DNA of 50,855 nucleotides, taken from positions 1 through 50,855 of the forward strand of contig JAPUKB010000081.1 in the NCBI GenBank assembly GCA_027295865.1, read 5' to 3'. Both the position numbers and the translations under genes were made by a program. Shown one piece after another: positions 43,923-50,855 of the stretch. Numbering within the stretch: the stretch's first letter is position 1; each line of letters starts with the position of its first letter. The notes under the pieces were generated by a model. That model had not been told where the DNA came from. It ran no database searches and was given only the letters and a program-made list of their open reading frames with translations. Origin of the DNA: Nitrososphaerota archaeon (GTDB taxonomy: Archaea; Thermoproteota; Nitrososphaeria; Nitrososphaerales; UBA57).

Positions 43923-44789
43923 TTGCAGCGAACCAAGCGAACAGTCAAACCTGAGAAGCTTCAGGCCGTTCAAAGCGTCGAAAAGTTACTCAAGGAAAGC
44001 AAGACCATAGCTATTTCTAACTTGCACAAAGTCCGAGGCGCCCAGCTGATGGGTCTGAGGAAGTCATTGAGGAATCAGCTAAGAGTGAAGGTAGCAAAGA
44101 ATTCCTTTGTCAAACTCGCATTGGCGGGATCTGGGATAAAGAATCACGAGAGATTAATCGAGGAAATAAAGGGACAGAAAGCACTGATGTTCACTGACCT
44201 GAACCCTTTCAAGCTCTACCTTCTTCTTGAAAGGGGAAAAATCAACCTTCCTGCGAGAGCCGGTGATATTGCTACTGATACTATAACCATCCCCGCAGGA
44301 AATACAGGAATACCCCCCGGGCCAGTCTTGAGCGAATTCAAGGCAGTGAAGGTTCCGACGCGGATTGAGACAGGGAGTATTTTTGTTAGCAGGGATACTG
44401 TTGTTGCCACACGAGGCGACGAGATCTCGCTTCAAGTTGGAGCTCTCCTCTCAAAACTCGATATGAAACCAATCAAGGCGGGAGTAGCAATCGATCTTGC
44501 GTATGTTGACGGTCTTGTCTTTAGCGCGGATGATATCGCGATTGATCTTGATCAGTACAGGGCAGAATTAACCGAGGCAGCCAGATCAGGAATAGCTCTG
44601 GGTGTGGAAATGGCATACTTTTCCTTAGAAACGACTCCGCAGCTATTGGGAAGAGGGTTCAGAGATGCTAGAGGGTTATCTGTTTCTTCGGGATTCTTAA
44701 CGACGGAGACTACCAGTGAGGCTCTAATGGTTACACATCAGAAAGCTCTATCGCTCCAAGAAGCCCTATCTAAGAAGGGTTATTCTTAG
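43923..44789 (+). CDS. rpl10: 50S ribosomal stalk protein P0 (L10), ending without the usual Ala-rich hinge and acidic tail
   Basis: The N-terminal L10 domain (AISNLHKVRGAQLMGLRKSLR) is present, and the 288-aa product ends ...HQKALSLQEALSKKGYS. Confidence 0.9.
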   Translation: MQRTKRTVKPEKLQAVQSVEKLLKESKTIAISNLHKVRGAQLMGLRKSLRNQLRVKVAKNSFVKLALAGSGIKNHERLIEEIKGQKALMFTDLNPFKLYLLLERGKINLPARAGDIATDTITIPAGNTGIPPGPVLSEFKAVKVPTRIETGSIFVSRDTVVATRGDEISLQVGALLSKLDMKPIKAGVAIDLAYVDGLVFSADDIAIDLDQYRAELTEAARSGIALGVEMAYFSLETTPQLLGRGFRDARGLSVSSGFLTTETTSEALMVTHQKALSLQEALSKKGYS

Positions 44790-44790
44790 A

Positions 44791-45087
44791 CTAGCCGAAC
44801 AAGCTAGAAAGCCCGTCCAGAGCTTCCTCTTTCTTCTCCTCTTCGGCAGGCTCTGCTTTCTTTTCTTCAGTGGCAGCTGCTGCAGCTGGGGCCGCCGCGA
44901 CTGCTTGTGTTAAGGTAGCATTCTTCAGAGCTTCTTCGATATCAACTTCGTCCAGAGCTGAAACCAGCGCTTTTACCTTCACGTCGTCGGCCTGTACTCC
45001 GGTAGCTGAAATGACCTTCTTAACGCTAACTTCGCTTATTTCCTTTTTTACCTTGTGCAGAAGTAAAGCAGCATAAACGTACTCCAT
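44791..45087 (-). CDS. rpl12: 50S ribosomal stalk protein P1 (L12), encoded on the strand opposite to L11-L1-P0
   Basis: The product starts [17 protein letters not shown] and ends [35 protein letters not shown], a canonical archaeal P1. Confidence 0.93.
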   Translation of the reverse strand: MEYVYAALLLHKVKKEISEVSVKKVISATGVQADDVKVKALVSALDEVDIEEALKNATLTQAVAAAPAAAAATEEKKAEPAEEEKKEEALDGLSSLFG

Positions 45088-45118
45088 TTAGTTAATCGAG
45101 TCATGTTGCATTCATTAA

Positions 45119-45126
45119 TTATATAA
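45119..45126 (-). promoter_or_regulatory. Candidate TATA box for the inverted P1 gene
   Basis: TTATATAA lies about 32 nt upstream of the P1 ATG at 45087, which would imply a very short leader. Confidence 0.35.
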
Positions 45127-45203
45127 GGTTTCAATGTTCGCTATCAAAAAGAGCTGGAAAATCAGAGCACTATTAATACCGGAGCCTGGAAAAAGGCTCA
45201 AGC

Positions 45204-47948
45204 TTGAAATCTGCTAAAGACATCCTACGAGAAAAGTTCTCGGCGGACTCTGACCAATACTATCGGGTGGAGCTCTTCCAGCGTGAGGGATTTACAAGAA
45301 AGAAATGTATCTCCTGCGGGAAATTCTACTGGACAGCAGATGATGATAGAATGGTTTGCCCCGAACAACCATGTCAACAATATGAATTCATAGGAGATCC
45401 GCCGACCTCAAAGCGTTATGATTACATAGAAACTTGGAAGGAAATAGAGAAATTCTTCCAGAAACACGGACATACGAGCGTATCCAGTTATCCGGTAGTT
45501 GCCAGATGGAGACCGGACCTATTCTTTACTGTAGCCTCGATCGTCGACTTTCAGCGAATTGAAGGAGGAAAGGTCGTATTTGATCTACCTTACAATCAGC
45601 TTGTAGTTCCTCAGCTTTGTTTGCGATTCAATGATATCTCGAATGTTGGAGTGAGTGGGAAACACTTTACGTCGTTTGTCATGGTAGGCCAGCACACGTT
45701 GGCTAACGAAAAAGGGTATTGGAAAGATAGATGTATAGATTTGGACTATCAGCTTCTGACAGGCCCATTTGGTATCCCAAAGAAAGAGCTGGTTTTCAAA
45801 GAAGATGTCTGGGTTGGATATGGCGCGTTCGGATATTCACTAGAATTTTACGTAAGAGGTCTTGAGCTCGGTAATGCTGTATTTACTGAATTTGAAGGAA
45901 GTCCATCCGATTACAAGGTCATGAAAGAAAAGGTAATAGACATGGGTGCTGGGCTGGAGAGATTTTGCTGGATTACGCAGGGAACTCCTACGGCGTACGA
46001 TTCCGTCTTCGGGCCTTTGGTGAAGAAAATGATTGATTGGTGTGGCGTCACATACGATAAGGAATTTTTCCACTCATACTCAAAGGTTGCCGGACTTCTG
46101 AATATGGATGAAGTGTCCGACATCGAACGAACTAGGAAGGAGGTCGCCAAAGCCCTAGGAATCAGCAAAGAAGGCCTGGCGGCAAAAGTCGCCCCCTTAG
46201 AGGCGATCTATGCAGTCATTGATCACACAAAGTCGTTGATATTCGCGATCTCCGATGGAGCTTTGCCGAGCAATATTGGGGGAGGGTACAACCTCAGAGT
46301 CATCCTTAGAAGGTCTTTAGCTCTCCTCAATCGGAACAATTGGGATATCAAACTGGAACAAATAGCAGACTGGCATATCGATTACTTAGCACAGATGTAC
46401 CCAGATCTAGAGGAGCATCGGGATGATATAGTTACTATCCTGCGAGTTGAAGAAAGGAGGTACAAAAGCGCGCAGGCAAGGACTTCAAAGATTCTCGGAG
46501 AAATGCTGAAGGCACGTAAGGAAATCCGTGAGGATGATTTAATCACCTTGTATGATTCCGAGGGAATCACTCCCGATCTCGTGAAAGAAAGTGGGTTCAA
46601 AATTGACATCCCCACAGACTTTTACAAAAGGGTGACAGATAGGCATTTGTCTCAGAAGGTCGACATCCAAAAACCAAAGTTCGATATCACTGACCTAACA
46701 AAGACTCGGACGCTCTTCTACGAGAACCAAGAACTTCTTGAATTTGAAGCTAAGGTACTTAGAGTTTTTTCAGGAAAGGACAATTATGTTGTTCTAGATC
46801 AAACCGCTTTTTATGCCCGAGCAGGGGGACAGGAGCCAGATCATGGCACACTCGAAGGAATGAAGGTGGTCGACGTCGAGAAATATGGGGAAATCATTAT
46901 TCACAGACTAGAATCTGGAGTAGGCAAGCTCGCCGAGGGGAAGATTGTACGTGGTCAGGTTGAGGGGAAGCGGAGGCAGATTCTCACTCGGCACCATACG
47001 GCCACTCATGTAATGCTTGGAGCTTCTAGGAGAGCGTTGGGTTCGTGGATTTGGCAAGCCTCTGCATTCAAAGATGTGGACAAGGCACGATTGGACATTA
47101 CTCATTTCGAACACCTCTCAAGGAGTAGGATTAAGGAGATAGAGATCTTGGCAAACGAGGCGATAAGGATGGACCTTCCAGTGCGTAAGTTGATTCTGGA
47201 AAGAAACGAAGCCGAAGCTCGCTATGGCTTCAGCATCTATCAGGGTGGAATCATACCTGGAAGAACACTCAGAATCCAGGATATAGAGGGATGGGATGTT
47301 GAGGCATGTGCAGGCACTCATGTTTCCCATACGGGGGAGCTCGGAATAATCAAGATAGTAAGGAACGAACGGGTGCAAGATGGGGTAGAAAGACTCGAGT
47401 ATGTCGCAGGGGAAACCGCAATTGATTACATTCAGAAACAAGATACCCTGTTAAAAGAGACTGCCGAAATACTTGGTGCACAACAGGAGAAGCTCCTAGA
47501 GTCTGTAACTAATCTCAAGCGAGAAAGTGAAGATACTAGGAGGAGGGTCAAGCAGTTTACAAGGAGAATGGGAGACATGCTCGTCGACGATATGGTGGGT
47601 TCCGCTCGAGATATCGAGGGGTTCAAGATCGTAGTAAACGATTGGGAGGAAGTAGATGAAGAATTCCATATCACGGTAGGCGAGAGTGCTACTCAAAAGG
47701 TCGAGAATCTAATCTATGTCGGGCTAGTGAACACTGATAGTCGCGGTAAGCTTCTAGTATTCAGCGGTAAAGAATCGCAGTCGAGGGGAGTTCTAGCCGG
47801 AGATTTAGTTAAGGTGATTGCAAAGAGCCTCGGAGGCTCAGGAGGCGGGAATGCAAGATTCGGTCAAGGTGGAGGCCGAACATCAGCAACCGTGAGATCT
47901 ACGCTCGATCTGCTCAGTAAATATCTACGAGAGGTACAAGGGGGTTGA
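45204..47948 (+). CDS. alaS: Alanine-tRNA ligase (archaeal type)
   Basis: The 914-aa product has an N-terminal zinc-ribbon-like segment (CISCGKFYW), the editing-domain motifs HHTATH and CAGTH, and a C-terminal DHHA1-like GGGG. Confidence 0.95.
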   Translation: MKSAKDILREKFSADSDQYYRVELFQREGFTRKKCISCGKFYWTADDDRMVCPEQPCQQYEFIGDPPTSKRYDYIETWKEIEKFFQKHGHTSVSSYPVVARWRPDLFFTVASIVDFQRIEGGKVVFDLPYNQLVVPQLCLRFNDISNVGVSGKHFTSFVMVGQHTLANEKGYWKDRCIDLDYQLLTGPFGIPKKELVFKEDVWVGYGAFGYSLEFYVRGLELGNAVFTEFEGSPSDYKVMKEKVIDMGAGLERFCWITQGTPTAYDSVFGPLVKKMIDWCGVTYDKEFFHSYSKVAGLLNMDEVSDIERTRKEVAKALGISKEGLAAKVAPLEAIYAVIDHTKSLIFAISDGALPSNIGGGYNLRVILRRSLALLNRNNWDIKLEQIADWHIDYLAQMYPDLEEHRDDIVTILRVEERRYKSAQARTSKILGEMLKARKEIREDDLITLYDSEGITPDLVKESGFKIDIPTDFYKRVTDRHLSQKVDIQKPKFDITDLTKTRTLFYENQELLEFEAKVLRVFSGKDNYVVLDQTAFYARAGGQEPDHGTLEGMKVVDVEKYGEIIIHRLESGVGKLAEGKIVRGQVEGKRRQILTRHHTATHVMLGASRRALGSWIWQASAFKDVDKARLDITHFEHLSRSRIKEIEILANEAIRMDLPVRKLILERNEAEARYGFSIYQGGIIPGRTLRIQDIEGWDVEACAGTHVSHTGELGIIKIVRNERVQDGVERLEYVAGETAIDYIQKQDTLLKETAEILGAQQEKLLESVTNLKRESEDTRRRVKQFTRRMGDMLVDDMVGSARDIEGFKIVVNDWEEVDEEFHITVGESATQKVENLIYVGLVNTDSRGKLLVFSGKESQSRGVLAGDLVKVIAKSLGGSGGGNARFGQGGGRTSATVRSTLDLLSKYLREVQGG

Positions 47949-50842
47949 AAATCGAATGGGGAGTGATCGAGGAGAAATGGAGGAGGAGGTGGGACGACGC
48001 AGGCACCTTCAAGACTGATCCAGATAATCAGAGGAAGAAATTCTATGTCACGGTAGCGTACCCATACCCAAACTCTCCACAACACATCGGACATGGCAGA
48101 ACGTACACATTGGCAGATGTGCACGCTCGATATAAGAGGATGCGGGGATACAACGTCCTTTTTCCAATGGCGTTCCACTACACTGGTACACCCATTCTCG
48201 CGATGAGCGACAGAATCGAATCGAAGGATGAAGAATTAATTGGAATTTTCAGAAATGTCTACAAAGTTCCTGAAGAGAAGATTAAGGAATTTGTCGAACC
48301 GTTGAAGATTGCTCAATACTTTCATCATGAAATAAGAAATGGCATGAAGGAAATGGGTTTCTCGATAGATTGGAGAAGGGAGTTTACGACCATTGATCCT
48401 CAATACAGCAAATTCATAGAGTGGCAATTCCAGAAGTTGAAGAATCGTGGGTACATCACTCAGGGATCACACCCCGTAGGGTGGTGTCCTCGCGATGGCA
48501 ATCCAGTTGGTCAGCATGACACTCTAGGGGATGTCGAACCAGAAATTGGCGAATATACTTTGGTTAAGTTCGAACTCGATGGCTTTCAAGTACCCACAGC
48601 GACCCTCAGACCCGAGACTATCTTTGGTGTAACCAATCTTTGGATCAACCCGAACGAAAACTACGTCAAGGCTACGGTTAATGGAGAGCAATGGATCGTT
48701 AGCAAGCAGTCCATAAGCAAATTCAAACATCTTGGACTAAAAATCGATATCCTAGAAGAGGAGACAGGTTCATCCCTTGTCGGTAAGGAAGTAAAAAATC
48801 CACTTACAGGAATCAAGATCGTCATACTTCCAGCCAGTTTTGTTGAACCTGGGAATGGAACTGGGGTTGTAATGTCAGTTCCCTCACATGCTCCTTATGA
48901 CTTCCAGGCAATAAATGATCTTGTATCTTTAGGGGATGAAGCAGTTCCTGGATTTGATCCAGACTCGCTTAAGCCAATCACTATCATATCTTCTAAGAAG
49001 TATCATGACGTACCTGCAAAGGAAATAATTGAAAGATTTGGAATAACCTCGCAGACGGATAAGAAATTGGAATCTGCTACTCAAGAGCTCTACTCATACG
49101 AGTTCACCGATGGACGAATGATGAGTAACACTGGGGGGTATTCTGGACTTGGGGTTAGAGAGGCGAGGGACCGGGTTAAGGCAGATCTTCTTGAAACTGG
49201 AAAAGCGTCCACACTACACGAGCTCATGAACAGACCCGTGGTATGCAGATGCGGGACAGAGTGTGTGGTGAAAGTACTCCAGAATCAGTGGTTCATTAAC
49301 TATGGAGATGAAGGATGGAAGGAAAAGGCTAGAGAGGCGCTTTCCCAGGTCAACCTCTTGCCAAAGGAAATCAGACCAGAATTCGATCATACCGTCGGGT
49401 GGCTGAAAGGCAAGGCATGTGCTAGGAAAACTGGGATGGGGACCAAATTACCTTGGGATCATGAATGGATTATCGAGAGCCTTTCGGACTCTGTTATCTA
49501 CATGGCCTACTACACAATTTCTGGACTCATCAAGCAGAAAGCAATAACACCAGACCAAATGTCTCCAGAAATCTTCGATTTCATTTTCTTGGGAATTGGA
49601 GATCCGAAAGAGATCTCCATGAGATCAGCTATGCAGATTGACCTGGTACATGAAATGAGGAACCAATTCCTTTACTTCTATCCTCTTGATAGCAGACACT
49701 CGGGAAGGGACCTTGTCCCTAATCATCTTACATTCTTCATATTCAATCATACAGCGATATTTCCTGAGACGAACTGGCCACGGCAAATAGTCGTTAACGG
49801 ATCCGTCTTGATGGAAGGAAAGAAGATGTCCAAGTCCTATGGGAATATCATTCCTTTGAGAGATGCTGTCGCCAAATACGGTGCCGATCCTTTAAGACTT
49901 GCGATGATGGCGACTGCTGAAATCTTGCAGGATGCCGATTTTAGCATGGAACTTGTTAGGACTTTCACGGAGCGGCTTGGGAAGCTTTACCAGTTGGCGA
50001 AGAAGATCGGAGAAAATAAGGAGGATGCGGATCATAGTTTAACCGAACTATCTATTCTTGAGAGATGGCTAGTGAGCAAATTACAGAGGACCATTCAGAT
50101 TGTGACGAATGCTATGGAATCCCTCAGGGTTCGAGAAGCAATCCATCAGACGGTCTATATCACCGATCAAGAGATTCAGTGGTATCAGAGGAGATCCCAA
50201 TCTCCGAACCCGATAAGAATGAAAGTGTTAAGGGAAGTACTTGAGGTGAGAGCTAAACTTCTAGCGCCTATTGCTCCTTTTAGCGCGGAAGAGATTTGGG
50301 AAACTTTGGGCAAAGGAGATCCGCTGGCAACTTCTCAGTGGCCAGAGTCTGATCCAGCAAAGATAGATACGCGTGCTGAAGAGTCGGAAGAGCTTGTGGT
50401 AAGTGTCCTCGAAGATATCCAAAGTATCATCAAGGTGACCAAGGTAAAGCCAAAGAGAATATTCCTTTATGTCGCGTCCGATTGGAAGTGGAAGGCTATG
50501 CTGGAAATGTTAGAGTTGGATTCTCAAACAGAAGGAGTCAAAACGGGTGATCTCATCAAGTCAGTGATATCTGAAGTCGGAAAGACAAAAGGCAAAGAAG
50601 TCTCGAATTTCATCTTGAAAATGGTGGGAGAACGGAGCAAGCTTCCAAAGGACCTTGCGGCGAAAAGAAAATCACTCGGCAGGCTAGACGAGCTCGAGGT
50701 TCTAAGGGATGCATCAGTGTTCTATGCCGCCGAATTCCATGCAGGGGTGGATGTTTTTTCAGAAGATGACGATACAGCTCATGATCCCAAGGGGAAATCT
50801 AAATTTTCTAAACCGTATCGACCGGGCATTTTCCTCGAATGA
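47945..50842 (+). CDS. leuS: Leucine-tRNA ligase (archaeal/eukaryal type)
   Basis: It has the HIGH motif (SPQHIGHGRTY) and the KMSKS motif. A TTG start overlaps the alaS stop by 4 nt. Confidence 0.95.
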   Translation: MKIEWGVIEEKWRRRWDDAGTFKTDPDNQRKKFYVTVAYPYPNSPQHIGHGRTYTLADVHARYKRMRGYNVLFPMAFHYTGTPILAMSDRIESKDEELIGIFRNVYKVPEEKIKEFVEPLKIAQYFHHEIRNGMKEMGFSIDWRREFTTIDPQYSKFIEWQFQKLKNRGYITQGSHPVGWCPRDGNPVGQHDTLGDVEPEIGEYTLVKFELDGFQVPTATLRPETIFGVTNLWINPNENYVKATVNGEQWIVSKQSISKFKHLGLKIDILEEETGSSLVGKEVKNPLTGIKIVILPASFVEPGNGTGVVMSVPSHAPYDFQAINDLVSLGDEAVPGFDPDSLKPITIISSKKYHDVPAKEIIERFGITSQTDKKLESATQELYSYEFTDGRMMSNTGGYSGLGVREARDRVKADLLETGKASTLHELMNRPVVCRCGTECVVKVLQNQWFINYGDEGWKEKAREALSQVNLLPKEIRPEFDHTVGWLKGKACARKTGMGTKLPWDHEWIIESLSDSVIYMAYYTISGLIKQKAITPDQMSPEIFDFIFLGIGDPKEISMRSAMQIDLVHEMRNQFLYFYPLDSRHSGRDLVPNHLTFFIFNHTAIFPETNWPRQIVVNGSVLMEGKKMSKSYGNIIPLRDAVAKYGADPLRLAMMATAEILQDADFSMELVRTFTERLGKLYQLAKKIGENKEDADHSLTELSILERWLVSKLQRTIQIVTNAMESLRVREAIHQTVYITDQEIQWYQRRSQSPNPIRMKVLREVLEVRAKLLAPIAPFSAEEIWETLGKGDPLATSQWPESDPAKIDTRAEESEELVVSVLEDIQSIIKVTKVKPKRIFLYVASDWKWKAMLEMLELDSQTEGVKTGDLIKSVISEVGKTKGKEVSNFILKMVGERSKLPKDLAAKRKSLGRLDELEVLRDASVFYAAEFHAGVDVFSEDDDTAHDPKGKSKFSKPYRPGIFLE

Positions 50843-50855
50843 GAACTAGCGCGCG

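Overview
This is an archaeal chromosomal segment. The diagnostic genes are the e-type ribosomal proteins L21e and S19e, RNase P protein Rpp21, Nep1, aIF6, prefoldin alpha, glycerol-1-phosphate dehydrogenase, archaeal-type DtdA, Spt5, the P0/P1 stalk proteins, CetZ and a roughly 320-nt SRP RNA. CetZ and an archaeosortase-family gene give it a euryarchaeote-like flavour, but I cannot place the lineage from sequence alone. Most of the window is densely packed housekeeping: carAB, ilvC, argF, alaS-leuS, the secE-spt5-L11-L1-P0 cluster, aIF6-pfdA-ftsY, tatC/tatA, proteasome beta, rtcA, NMNAT and egsA. I found three tRNA genes (Gly, Phe, Ser) and one SRP RNA that the ORF track cannot show; tRNA-Gly and tRNA-Phe appear to carry non-canonical introns. 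I see no CRISPR array, rRNA or intact transposase/integrase. The parts worth a second look are: (1) a roughly 10-kb cell-envelope block at 22.2-32.0 kb, made of an archaeosortase-family protein whose catalytic Cys position appears to be Ser, a processive GT2 synthase, and a convergent seven-gene operon built around MoxR AAA+ and DUF58 with five uncharacterised membrane or secreted partners; (2) a 1.4-kb AT-rich islet flanked by a 17-bp direct repeat of the tRNA-Gly 3' end, which looks like a decayed integrated element; (3) an atypical ribosomal stalk locus in which the P1 gene is inverted and P0 lacks the conserved acidic C-terminal tail; (4) CetZ preceded by two coiled-coil genes; and (5) a perfect 30-bp tandem repeat inside an FKBP gene. 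All functional calls come from reading motifs by eye; no database search was run.
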